From Thomasclavelia sp. (GTDB lineage: Bacteria > Bacillota_I > Bacilli_A > Erysipelotrichales > Coprobacillaceae), in the NCBI RefSeq assembly GCF_047249845.1, contig NZ_JBKTWO010000005.1, positions 15,397 to 79,396 of the forward strand: a stretch of 64,000 bases of DNA, written 5' to 3'. This document shows, in pieces, positions 29,989 through 38,837 of the stretch (positions are counted from its first letter, which is position 1; each line of letters opens with the position of its first letter). The position numbers and the translations under genes are program-made. The notes under the pieces are model-generated. The model searched no databases and was not told where the DNA came from. It saw only the letters and a program-made list of their open reading frames with translations.

Positions 29989-31269
29989 TTAAGCCGTTCT
30001 TTTCCACATATAACAAGTAATATAAGGTTGTACCTTTGATGGAGTTCCACCATTTGCTTCCAATACTACTGTACTATGATTTACAGCAAATGAGGAAGTA
30101 GTAGTTGCATGTAAGTTCAAATTATACTCTCCATGACCTGGAACTGGATTGGAAGCTTGATATCCTATTTTATTTGTATCTCCACCTATTGCTCCAATTA
30201 ATGCTCTTAATTCAACACTTTTTGAGCCGCCTGTTTTTTCTACATAACTAAAATCATTATCACTAGAATCTACACCAACTGGAACTCTACCATTACCCCA
30301 TCTAATCCATGTACCACCAAAAGTTGTTTGAGGTGATACAGAAGATGTACTCATATATATACAACCGATAGGATGCATTAATAAAAATAATTGTTTTGTT
30401 AGAGCTGTTACAGAATTAAAAGCATTTTTTAATTCTGTTATTTGATCTAAAGCAATCATATTAAATTTTTTATTCCAAGCTGTATTACTTTTTAGATAAA
30501 AATCTCCATTAGCTGTATTAACATAAAAGTCACCATTTTTACCTAAAGAAGATGCTGGAGTTGTAGTTCCATTTCTAATAATCACGACACTATTAGCTGC
30601 ATCATTTGCTCTTTGAGTAGCCTGATTGGCATTAGTTGTTGCAACTTTTGCATCATTGGATGCATCTTGAGCATTTTTAGCTCCCTGGGTAGCTAATATA
30701 GTAGCATTTCTTGTGTTACTTGTAGCACTTATTGAATCTGCTACTGCTGAAGTAATTTCATTTTGTTGGGTTATCGCTCTTTCAATTAATTTATTCACTT
30801 CGTTTTGATGATGATTAGATGTGCTAAGTAATTCGCTAACTACATCTTTTACATTTAAATCAATATAATCATCGGCCACTTTAATTACCAGATCCTGCCA
30901 AGTATTTTCTTCAGGTAAAATATTACCCTTACCAGCAGTAGCTTTTACTTTATAGATAATAGGATTAGTCTGTATTGTTTCACTTCCATTTGAAAGTGAA
31001 AAAGCTATTGCTAGATAACCATCTAACTCAAAAGCTTGGGGTGGTAATTTAAAAATATCATTATTTATCATTAATTGATATGTTTTAGAATCCCTATTAT
31101 TTTCTAAAAAACGATTATTTAAATACTTATAGTGTGGTACCACAACATAATTTTCATATTTACCATCTTTTATAAATCTGAATTCAATATCTCCACTAAA
31201 CTGTGCTGGAATATCAGTAATATCACATGATAAATCATACCCTATTTGGGTAATTGTTGATACAATCAT
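29989..31269 (-). CDS. Baseplate-upper / receptor-binding tail fibre protein
   Basis: BppU-like N-terminus, Ala-rich coiled coil, G..GDFY motif, C-terminal PIG.IYMS...P...FGGTW...GRVPVG...QPYITCYMWKRTA; last structural gene before the holin. Confidence 0.75.
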   Translation of the reverse strand: MIVSTITQIGYDLSCDITDIPAQFSGDIEFRFIKDGKYENYVVVPHYKYLNNRFLENNRDSKTYQLMINNDIFKLPPQAFELDGYLAIAFSLSNGSETIQTNPIIYKVKATAGKGNILPEENTWQDLVIKVADDYIDLNVKDVVSELLSTSNHHQNEVNKLIERAITQQNEITSAVADSISATSNTRNATILATQGAKNAQDASNDAKVATTNANQATQRANDAANSVVIIRNGTTTPASSLGKNGDFYVNTANGDFYLKSNTAWNKKFNMIALDQITELKNAFNSVTALTKQLFLLMHPIGCIYMSTSSVSPQTTFGGTWIRWGNGRVPVGVDSSDNDFSYVEKTGGSKSVELRALIGAIGGDTNKIGYQASNPVPGHGEYNLNLHATTTSSFAVNHSTVVLEANGGTPSKVQPYITCYMWKRTA

Positions 31270-33165
31270 TTAATTATTTCCTCCTTCTATTTTTTCATTT
31301 AACTCCTGAATTGCTTTATAGACAATTGCTAAAGCATTAATAATATTAATCTTTTTTTTATCGCTACTAAGTAGCTTATCTGATATTTGATAATTATTGC
31401 CTGTTAAAAAACTAATCTGATTATCATTATCTTGTTGATAAGTATAAATATTTGTATTAATTATTTCATTTAAAGCATTTTCATTAAATAATTTAATATC
31501 TTGATTTATTTTTTCTTCCTGATTTAAATAAACATTATTAATATCAATTTTATTTACCATTAGTTCATCTGGTTTTAGATGACCGTTCTTATAACTATTT
31601 CCATCTGGTAAAATTACTTTCCAATCTAAAATACTAGTCGAATTACTATTCATATTAAAAGATAGTTTTCCTTCTTTAGGATTATCATTAACCTGATAAT
31701 CACTTGTACTTTGTAATCCTCTATCAGTTATCTTCCAGCCACCAATAAATCCATCATTACATTCAATCATTATATCTTTTAAACATCCTTTTTTTATATA
31801 TGAAGCATCTAATTCTTTATTTATTCCCCAGGCAATATTAAACGGTCCTTCCTTACCACTATTACTAAAGGCTATTCCACTAGCATCAATTCTTAAAATA
31901 TTTTGAGCCGAATTAATATCATCACTATCCATATAATAAGTAGCTCTTGGTTTACCAAAGCTATCAGTTTTAGTATATACATAACCACCATTAGTACCAT
32001 TTATTAAATCTACTTTGTCTTGTACCAGTTCTTGAAATAACTGTGTATTCAAATTGAGATTATTATTTACTTTTGATATATCTCGATTAGTCGTAATTGC
32101 TAAATCTGAACTTGTTGCAATAGTTTTATCTAAAGTTATTTTTGAATTAGAGGGATCAAGATAATCTTTTTCTAAAACTACACATAAAAAATAATCATCT
32201 ATTTTATGTTCTTTTGAGACACACTTTAAATTATCCCCTAATCTAATCTTTTCAATATCAACTTCAACTAATGATAAGTCAATAGCTGTAATTGTTAATG
32301 ATAAAGACATTTTAGTAAGCTGGGATAAATCCTGTTTTGCCCTTTCCAACAAATCATCAGGATCACTGATTTTAGGATATTCTCTAACCCCATAGATCCA
32401 GCCATATTTTAATATGGCATCTTCATCATAGATATACTCTTTACCATCATTTACTTTTTCTATTGTTATTGGTAAATCTGTTTTTGGATCCTTTTCACCT
32501 AACGGAATCAGAGCTGTTATTAGATCTACAGATGTTATGTATTGTTCTAAGTCTAGAATATTTTTCTTAAACTTTATTTCTTGCGAATTTAAATGATTAT
32601 AGTAGTAGTTATAATCAAGATAATTTTTATTATCTTCTTCTCTTATTGATATATAACCTCCACATTGATCAATTAATATATCTTGAATACTACTCATTGT
32701 AGTTGTTCTTTTTTTATCCATATTAGAGATACAAATTCCATTATCAAATACATCTCCAACATATATATTTTTTTCTTTTTCAACCATCTGATTATGCTTA
32801 TCCAAACACACTTTTAAATATTCATTAACACTAATATTTTCTCCTGTCTTTAATAGCTGAATAGTATCATTTAAGTATCCTAATACTCCTTCACAAATAA
32901 AAGTCCTAATGCCATCAATAGTATCAGTACTTTCAATTACACGCCCCTTAAACATTAATTCTTGACCATCCTGATTTATCTCAATAAGTCTTATTATTGA
33001 AACGAGTTTATTAATTTTATTATAATTAGGATGATTGGGTAATATAGTAAAAATTAATGTATTTGATGTATTAATTTTTTGTTTTAAATTAAGCTTAACA
33101 CAACGATAATCATAATCTGAAGTATCATGAATAATATAATCATCACTTAACAATTTAACTATCAT
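31270..33165 (-). CDS. Tal / tail spike (prophage tail endopeptidase-like) with S74-like C-terminus
   Basis: F.ILPNHP, CEG.LGYLND, TALIPLG and YGWI motifs; C-terminal KAIQEL; follows Dit. Confidence 0.8.
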   Translation of the reverse strand: MIVKLLSDDYIIHDTSDYDYRCVKLNLKQKINTSNTLIFTILPNHPNYNKINKLVSIIRLIEINQDGQELMFKGRVIESTDTIDGIRTFICEGVLGYLNDTIQLLKTGENISVNEYLKVCLDKHNQMVEKEKNIYVGDVFDNGICISNMDKKRTTTMSSIQDILIDQCGGYISIREEDNKNYLDYNYYYNHLNSQEIKFKKNILDLEQYITSVDLITALIPLGEKDPKTDLPITIEKVNDGKEYIYDEDAILKYGWIYGVREYPKISDPDDLLERAKQDLSQLTKMSLSLTITAIDLSLVEVDIEKIRLGDNLKCVSKEHKIDDYFLCVVLEKDYLDPSNSKITLDKTIATSSDLAITTNRDISKVNNNLNLNTQLFQELVQDKVDLINGTNGGYVYTKTDSFGKPRATYYMDSDDINSAQNILRIDASGIAFSNSGKEGPFNIAWGINKELDASYIKKGCLKDIMIECNDGFIGGWKITDRGLQSTSDYQVNDNPKEGKLSFNMNSNSTSILDWKVILPDGNSYKNGHLKPDELMVNKIDINNVYLNQEEKINQDIKLFNENALNEIINTNIYTYQQDNDNQISFLTGNNYQISDKLLSSDKKKINIINALAIVYKAIQELNEKIEGGNN

Positions 33166-33599
33166 AACTTTTTGTCCTCATCATTTAAATAATGTTTTTT
33201 AAAAGGTTCAGCAAGAATATTAATTGTTATCTGATTAACTAAATTATTATCTCGATTATCCACCTCTATTGATACTCTGCCTTCATAATAATATTCACTA
33301 TCACTAGTTATAACCGCTTTAACTTTTTGACCATGAAATAAATTAAATAATTCTTCAATATATTTATGCCATAATTCTGTTTTTTCAACACTATCAACAT
33401 TAATACTAATTACTCTTTGCTGGTATGTTGGCTTACCATACACCTCAGTTAAATCTACATAATTATTTGAATATGGAATTGCAACAATATTAGTTATTAC
33501 TTCAGGCGCACCAATATGATAACTAAGAATTCTCATTTTAAAATCATCTCTTAATGAATAACTTTTTTTCTCATCTTGATATAAAATCAAATCTATCAT
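33162..33599 (-). CDS. Distal tail protein (Dit)
   Basis: IP......DLTE..G...Y..R, HGQ, YYYEGR and AEPFK motifs; lies between TMP and Tal. Confidence 0.75.
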   Translation of the reverse strand: MIDLILYQDEKKSYSLRDDFKMRILSYHIGAPEVITNIVAIPYSNNYVDLTEVYGKPTYQQRVISINVDSVEKTELWHKYIEELFNLFHGQKVKAVITSDSEYYYEGRVSIEVDNRDNNLVNQITINILAEPFKKHYLNDEDKKL

Positions 33600-35437
33600 G
33601 CCCCATGTCTCCCCCTTCGGCTAGTTTCTCTACCTAATTCAATATCTACAGTTGGGGTAACGATTTTACCAACTGCTGTTTTATCCATATATACATCCAT
33701 TTTAATTTTTGCCATACTAGTTGCCAGCTTATCATAATCAATTAAATCTTCATTAGCAGTATTTTGTTTACTAAACTCTAAAGATATGTCATTACTAAAC
33801 CATCTAGCAGAAGATCTAGCTGACTGTCTTAATTTCTTAAATCCTGAATCAGTAACATTTATCATATCTTTTGTTGCTGAGGGCATTGCTAATTCAAAGC
33901 CAACTGCAATACCACTTGGTAAATATCTACCAATTTCATCACGCATCTTATGTGATGGCGAAAAAATATCAAAGAAACCGGTTATTGCATCCATTACCCC
34001 TTTACAAGCTTCCATTGCTATGTCTAATAGACCACCAATCCCTTTTTTAAATCCATCAATAATTCCACTAATGATATCTTTTCCTAATTGCAGCCAATTA
34101 GTATTGACGATCGTATCTTTTATATTTGATACAATTGTTTTAGCTAATTCTTTTATATTATTGATTAAATTAGAAATACCATTTAAAATAAACGTCATTA
34201 CATCTTTACCTAACTGATACCAGTCTATTTCTTTAATTTTAGCCATAAAGTTGCTCATTAACTCATATCCAACTTCAATTAAACTACCAACTAAATTTTT
34301 TATTCCATCAATAATATTTTGTAAAATCTGTTTACCACTTTCTAATAACTCTGGTCCTTTTTCAATTAATGCCATAATAAACTGAGATATTATTTCTGGT
34401 ACCCTTTCAATTAAACCTGGTAAAGCATTAAAGATACCGGTTATTAAACCATCTAATAAATTCATTCCAGTTTCTAAAATTGCTGGTAAATTTACAATTA
34501 ATCCCTCAATTAAAGCCATTACCATATCTAATGCAGCTGGTATAAGTACAGGAAGCTGGGCAGCTAAACCATCAACTAAACTCAAAATAAGAGTTAACGC
34601 TGTTTCTGCCAACATAGGTAAATTTTCCATTATCCCTAATAATAATTGACTAATTATTCCAAATCCAACTTCTGATAATTGTGGAGTTAGTTGGTTAATC
34701 GTTTCACATACTGTTGTTAATATCCCACTTGCAGTATCAATAATCCCAGGTAAAGCTGCTATTATTCCTTCCATCATTTGGGTTAATAAGTTTGATCCGG
34801 TTTCTAACATTGCATCAGTCCCGCCACTATTAAACGACTCTTGCAATTGTGCTACGGCATCAATTCCAAAATCTGCCATTTCATTAAGCGGAGCTTCAAG
34901 ACCAGCAACTAAACTTTGACCTAAAGCATTTACACCTTGATCAATCGTTTTCATCTTTCCTGAAAAACTCTCAAATGAATTACCTATTTTTAATACCTGT
35001 TCAATACCACCTTTAGCCATATTGATGATTGAACTTCCAACCCCTTTTATAACACTGCCAATACTCTTAGCTACACTTCCAATTTGCTTAACACTTTGGC
35101 TCCAATTTTTAGACTGTTTATCCGCTGATTCCCTAGTGACTTTATTAGCTTTTTCATTACTACTAGTCAATATATTTAAAGCATTGCTATTAACTGAATT
35201 AATTACTTTACCTGTTGCATCCACAATTCCACTCGATGCAGTTGCTATTCCTGAGGCTATATCTGAAATAGTACTTCCTAAAGTTTTAGCAAGATTTCCA
35301 ATTGTTTCACCTAGTGCACTAGCAATATCGCTAATCATATCCATGATTGCCCCACTTGCTTCTTTAACAACTGTGGGAATTACTTTAATTGCAATCTTTA
35401 ATTTATCTATCTTACTGCCTTGATCTTTTTTATCCAT
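33596..35437 (-). CDS. Tape measure protein (613 aa)
   Basis: Long amphipathic Ala/Gly/Ile repeats with periodic Pro/Trp; GKDII.GII.G and FFDIFSPS...RDEIG..L..GIAVG TMP C-terminal motif. Confidence 0.88.
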   Translation of the reverse strand: MDKKDQGSKIDKLKIAIKVIPTVVKEASGAIMDMISDIASALGETIGNLAKTLGSTISDIASGIATASSGIVDATGKVINSVNSNALNILTSSNEKANKVTRESADKQSKNWSQSVKQIGSVAKSIGSVIKGVGSSIINMAKGGIEQVLKIGNSFESFSGKMKTIDQGVNALGQSLVAGLEAPLNEMADFGIDAVAQLQESFNSGGTDAMLETGSNLLTQMMEGIIAALPGIIDTASGILTTVCETINQLTPQLSEVGFGIISQLLLGIMENLPMLAETALTLILSLVDGLAAQLPVLIPAALDMVMALIEGLIVNLPAILETGMNLLDGLITGIFNALPGLIERVPEIISQFIMALIEKGPELLESGKQILQNIIDGIKNLVGSLIEVGYELMSNFMAKIKEIDWYQLGKDVMTFILNGISNLINNIKELAKTIVSNIKDTIVNTNWLQLGKDIISGIIDGFKKGIGGLLDIAMEACKGVMDAITGFFDIFSPSHKMRDEIGRYLPSGIAVGFELAMPSATKDMINVTDSGFKKLRQSARSSARWFSNDISLEFSKQNTANEDLIDYDKLATSMAKIKMDVYMDKTAVGKIVTPTVDIELGRETSRRGRHGA

Positions 35438-35481
35438 ATTATCATCTCCTTTAACAAGAAAATGTAATGGCTCAAAGGCTC
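35438..35481 (-). promoter_or_regulatory. Putative RNA switch: GAGCC-ttt-GAGCC plus hairpin occluding the TMP Shine-Dalgarno
   Basis: Minus strand GAGCCTTTGAGCC then ATTA-CATTTTCTT-gtta-AAGGAGATG-a-TAAT-ATG, which can pair over the SD. Confidence 0.55.
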
Positions 35482-35483
35482 GA

Positions 35484-35648
35484 TTAAATTACTTTTCCAT
35501 TTTTAATTTCTATTTTATTTTCATAACCACATTTTTTACATTTAATAAATAGTCCCCCACAATTGGCTTTATTGTCATATAATAAAATCTTTTTATTGCA
35601 ATGATAGCAACGAAACCAGTCTTTTCTCATTGGTGGTATTTTTATCAT
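35484..35648 (-). CDS. 54-aa C4 zinc-finger protein, Mu Com-like
   Basis: Not in ORF track. GGAG RBS; MIKIPPMRKDWFRCYHCNKKILLYDNKANCGGLFIKCKKCGYENKIEIKNGKVI with RCxxCxK...IKCxxCxxxN pattern. Confidence 0.75.
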   Translation of the reverse strand: MIKIPPMRKDWFRCYHCNKKILLYDNKANCGGLFIKCKKCGYENKIEIKNGKVI

Positions 35649-35660
35649 CTATCTATCTCC

Positions 35661-36227
35661 TTACCATAAAACCTGAGCAATCATTTCATCATTTATCTCA
35701 ATTTTATCTAGACTTAATTCATGTTGAATTTTACGGATTCTTGCTCGTTCTTTTTTATCACTTATGTTAGATAAATCTATTCCCCGATAATACATTCTCT
35801 GTTTTAATTCACAATCACCTAAACCATGAAATAATGCTAAAAAATGAAACCAGTGCATATTTTCTTTTAAAAGATTTATTTGATAATGTTGTTGAAAAGC
35901 GGCAATAAAATAACCACTATCTATTTTGTAATCATAAATTCTTTTTTTACTACTTAATTTATTATTTGTTGATAATTGTTCTTTTTTATTATCAACATTC
36001 CCAATTAAAAAATCTTTTATTGCTACAAAAACTTCATGATCAAATTTTTCAGGTATTTCATCATAAAAAATATTCATTAAAACATTAGCCAAATATTCTT
36101 TATTGCAATTAGGGATATTTAAAGCATCGCTCAACTCAATCCAATATTTAAAATCTGTATTGATTAAAAAGTCTTTGTTCCTAACAGCGATGCTGTTAGG
36201 TAAAGACTCATATAATAGATTAATCAT
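35661..36227 (-). CDS. Gp15-like tail assembly chaperone (A118 type)
   Basis: LP.......INTDF..WI, D..ID...I.AAFQQ.Y.I.L....MHW..F.ALF.GL motifs. Confidence 0.8.
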   Translation of the reverse strand: MINLLYESLPNSIAVRNKDFLINTDFKYWIELSDALNIPNCNKEYLANVLMNIFYDEIPEKFDHEVFVAIKDFLIGNVDNKKEQLSTNNKLSSKKRIYDYKIDSGYFIAAFQQHYQINLLKENMHWFHFLALFHGLGDCELKQRMYYRGIDLSNISDKKERARIRKIQHELSLDKIEINDEMIAQVLW

Positions 36228-36594
36228 TTATTGTAGATAATTTACGACGTTGGGCTCTGTTTTTTGGTTGTAAAGACATTCTTCTTAAAGTCATTTCTTC
36301 ATTTGCTTTTTTATTCATATTTACTAAGCTGATAAAAGCTTCTTCATACAATCTTAGATTACGTTTATTTTTGAATAATTTTTGTGATGTTCCTTTGCCA
36401 AATACACTATCAAAAAATCTGTGATAACATGTACATAACTCTTTTATTCGATCCATATCTCTGCCATCCTTGGGCATATCTTTACAATTATCGCTTAGCT
36501 CATACATTGCTTTACTATAAGACTCTAAAAAGTCTACATCCTCAAAATCTGCATTCAATTCGATTTCATTATATTTCCATTTTACTTGGCTCAT
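36220..36594 (-). CDS. Tail assembly chaperone
   Basis: FFD.VFGKG...KLF and C-terminal NRAQRR motifs; lies between MTP and gp15. Confidence 0.7.
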   Translation of the reverse strand: MSQVKWKYNEIELNADFEDVDFLESYSKAMYELSDNCKDMPKDGRDMDRIKELCTCYHRFFDSVFGKGTSQKLFKNKRNLRLYEEAFISLVNMNKKANEEMTLRRMSLQPKNRAQRRKLSTIND

Positions 36595-36610
36595 AGGCTC
36601 CTCCTTTATT

Positions 36611-37096
36611 TTATTTAAATGTTACTGATGCTCCTTCAGCATCTAAAGTGGCAATACCTTTAATACTACTTGATTTAGATTTTAAAGTTCCAGTGTAAGA
36701 ATACGTATCTGCATTATCTCCATCAGTTCCCGGAATAATTGCAAATAATCGTTTTCTTGCTTCAAATTCATTATTATTTTCACCTACTGGTGATGTCATA
36801 TCAACAATTACGATTTCACGTACAGCAGCACTTCCTGTTTTTTCGTCTTCAGTAATTTCTATAATATCCTTATGTACCTCATTATTTGTATATTGATCAA
36901 AGGTATATTCAATTGATGGACTATATCCTGTAACATCTGTGATTTCTCCAGTTTCATCAACATACTGACGAGCATATTCTTTTGGATTTGCACTTTTAGA
37001 CATAGCTGTAAACCCTGTCATTCTAATAAATTTTTCCCCTACTTTATAAAAAGCAACTTTTTTATTTCTTGTTACTAATGTTTGTTCTCCTGCCAT
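36611..37096 (-). CDS. Major tail (tube) protein
   Basis: S.NP....RQYVDE......TGYSP motif, strong AGGAGG RBS, position in the tail module. Confidence 0.75.
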   Translation of the reverse strand: MAGEQTLVTRNKKVAFYKVGEKFIRMTGFTAMSKSANPKEYARQYVDETGEITDVTGYSPSIEYTFDQYTNNEVHKDIIEITEDEKTGSAAVREIVIVDMTSPVGENNNEFEARKRLFAIIPGTDGDNADTYSYTGTLKSKSSSIKGIATLDAEGASVTFK

Positions 37097-37098
37097 GA

Positions 37099-37509
37099 TT
37101 AATTCCTCCTATATAAAATTCTTAACTTTACTTGGTATTTCGCTGTATTTGTTTCTCTAGTAATTTGATTACTATTTTCAATAACCTCAATTGCATAAAC
37201 TTCTTCTTGAAGATTAGGATAATTACCAATTGTATTTTGCGTTTGAATCCATTTTTCAAACATTTCATAAAATTCAATATTTTTTTGATTAATACTATAA
37301 TCATTACTATATGATTCTATTGAAGTTATAGCAAACTGATATTGTTGAATTGATGATCCATCTACATACTGTTTTACAACTGGTTCACATGGTATTTTAT
37401 CAACAGAATATTCATTTGCTTCATTTCCAAGATAATCAATATTTATATTTTTCTGACTTAGATAAGGACATGTATACAAATACTCCCTTACTGCTTTAAT
37501 TACACTCAT
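37099..37509 (-). CDS. Tail terminator / completion protein
   Basis: YVDGS...QYQF, N..FYE.F..WI..QN..G..P and AKYQ motifs; directly precedes the MTP. Confidence 0.65.
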   Translation of the reverse strand: MSVIKAVREYLYTCPYLSQKNINIDYLGNEANEYSVDKIPCEPVVKQYVDGSSIQQYQFAITSIESYSNDYSINQKNIEFYEMFEKWIQTQNTIGNYPNLQEEVYAIEVIENSNQITRETNTAKYQVKLRILYRRN

Positions 37510-37553
37510 ATTAATACTCCTTTTGTTTTACACCTAATTTAGATATTACTTTT

Positions 37554-37976
37554 TTAATTAAATAAACACGGGTGTAACTGTTTTATTAGTTTGATTTGTT
37601 CATCTAAACCATATAACTTTCCATTTTGATAAGATATTTTATTCATATCTATTAATTTTTTTAATAAATTAATATCTTTGACATTATAATTATTTGTTTT
37701 TTCTATAAATGTATATTTAAAGTTAATCTCTTTAATATCTTTTTGATATTTACTTTTCCAATATTTTAGCTCTTGTTCAAGTTTTCCGATATTAATCTCA
37801 TTTATTCCGCTCTTTAAATATCCTAAGTCTTCTTTTAATTTTTTTATTTGACTATCCTTTACACTCATTTTCCTTTTCCATTCAATAATATCCAGTTGAT
37901 GTAAAAGCATGATATCTTCCATTTGCTTCTTTGTTAAATTATTAACTCTTTTTAAATCTTTTCTTTTCATATTCAA
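37554..37976 (-). CDS. GP20-like capsid scaffolding protein, diverged vestige
   Basis: MKR..L....LT..Q...IM..H N-terminus, coiled coil, KL.GLDEQIK.IK..HP.LF GP20-like motif; ends right after that motif. Confidence 0.6.
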   Translation of the reverse strand: MNMKRKDLKRVNNLTKKQMEDIMLLHQLDIIEWKRKMSVKDSQIKKLKEDLGYLKSGINEINIGKLEQELKYWKSKYQKDIKEINFKYTFIEKTNNYNVKDINLLKKLIDMNKISYQNGKLYGLDEQIKLIKQLHPCLFN

Positions 37977-37980
37977 TTTT

Positions 37981-38057
37981 ACCTTTTATCTACGCTTTAT
38001 TAATGTGAGTTGCTCTCACTTGACGGCTTGCCTTTTTACGCCTTGCGCTATGGCTTA
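37981..38057 (-). ncRNA. Candidate structured cis-regulatory leader upstream of the GP20-like gene
   Basis: GC-rich island with GCC-N9-GGC-GTAAAA and GTGAG-agcaa-CTCAC hairpins, then AAAGCGTAG before the RBS. Confidence 0.4.
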
Positions 38058-38103
38058 GATAATATGCATATTATTTTTAGTAGCCATCACTGACTACACT
38101 CAT

Positions 38104-38150
38104 ATCTTATCATTTAAATTAACTAATTTAGTCCCAAATAAATCCCAATA
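38104..38150 (-). promoter_or_regulatory. Activator-dependent late promoter of the tail operon
   Basis: TTGGGA direct repeats 11 bp apart in place of a -35 (38132-38137, 38143-38148); extended -10 TGaTAAGAT (38104-38112). Confidence 0.55.
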
Positions 38151-38151
38151 T

Positions 38152-38577
38152 TTATAATTCCTTAGTGCTATGTTTATTCGCAATTGGTGCTAATACCTTG
38201 TCAAGTTTATTACATGCATTACTTAGTATCTTATAATATGTTGTTCTTGAAATGCCTTTTTCTAAAGCGTTATATTCACGTTTTGAGGAATTATCTGGAT
38301 CATTTGCGTATATTAAAACACAATTTTTTTCTTCTTCATTAAGTAAATCATTTATTGAATGCTCTAATCTTTCTATAAAAAATTGATAATAAAATATAAT
38401 TTCATCATACTGCTTACATTCTTCTATTAAATTATTTGTTTTTTCTATTATTTCACTATGGTCATCGTTTACCAAACTAGTCTTTTTAATTTCTACTTGT
38501 TCTTTAGTATTATTTAATAACATTAATGTATGTTTCCATCTTTTCCAATTCTTTAATTCATATTTACTTTCCTTCAT
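38152..38577 (-). CDS. ArpU/RinA-like late transcriptional activator
   Basis: 141 aa, coiled coil then L.EEE...V...Y and ISRTTYYKI...A..KL C-terminal HTH; directly upstream of the structural genes. Confidence 0.65.
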   Translation of the reverse strand: MKESKYELKNWKRWKHTLMLLNNTKEQVEIKKTSLVNDDHSEIIEKTNNLIEECKQYDEIIFYYQFFIERLEHSINDLLNEEEKNCVLIYANDPDNSSKREYNALEKGISRTTYYKILSNACNKLDKVLAPIANKHSTKEL

Positions 38578-38595
38578 CCCTTACCGCCTTTCTTT

Positions 38596-38815
38596 GTAGA
38601 CAATTTATCTACTTATAGTTAAAAAAACATAAAGCATCTCTGCTTTATTCTTCTCTAATTATACTTATTATTGTTCTAATTAAATCACCTTTCCTCCCCC
38701 TTTTATTGCAGAACCAACTTCTACATTAAATATCTTAATATTTTGTAGAAAAATTGTCAACACATTAAGATATAAACATTGATTTGTTGAAAAAAAGGAT
38801 ACAAAATGTTAAAAT
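38596..38815. promoter_or_regulatory. Divergent promoters with four GTAGA-N7-TCTAC operator-like sites
   Basis: Sites at 38596, 38708, 38745 and 38786; leftward TTGACA-17-TAAGAT (38760-38732); rightward TTGAAA-17-TAAAAT (38787-38815). Confidence 0.75.
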
Positions 38816-38837
38816 ATTATTACTATGATAAAAGGAA

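Noticed and set aside
29989..31269. Diversity-generating retroelement or invertase shufflon acting on the RBP
   Set aside because: No reverse transcriptase, recombinase, template repeat or alternative C-terminal cassette was seen in the window.
36220..36275. Possible programmed frameshift between the tail chaperones at A-AAA-AAC
   Set aside because: The -1 frame hits TAA within a few codons, and the gp15 (+1) frame has TAA immediately before its ATG. No fusion is possible, so translational coupling is more likely.
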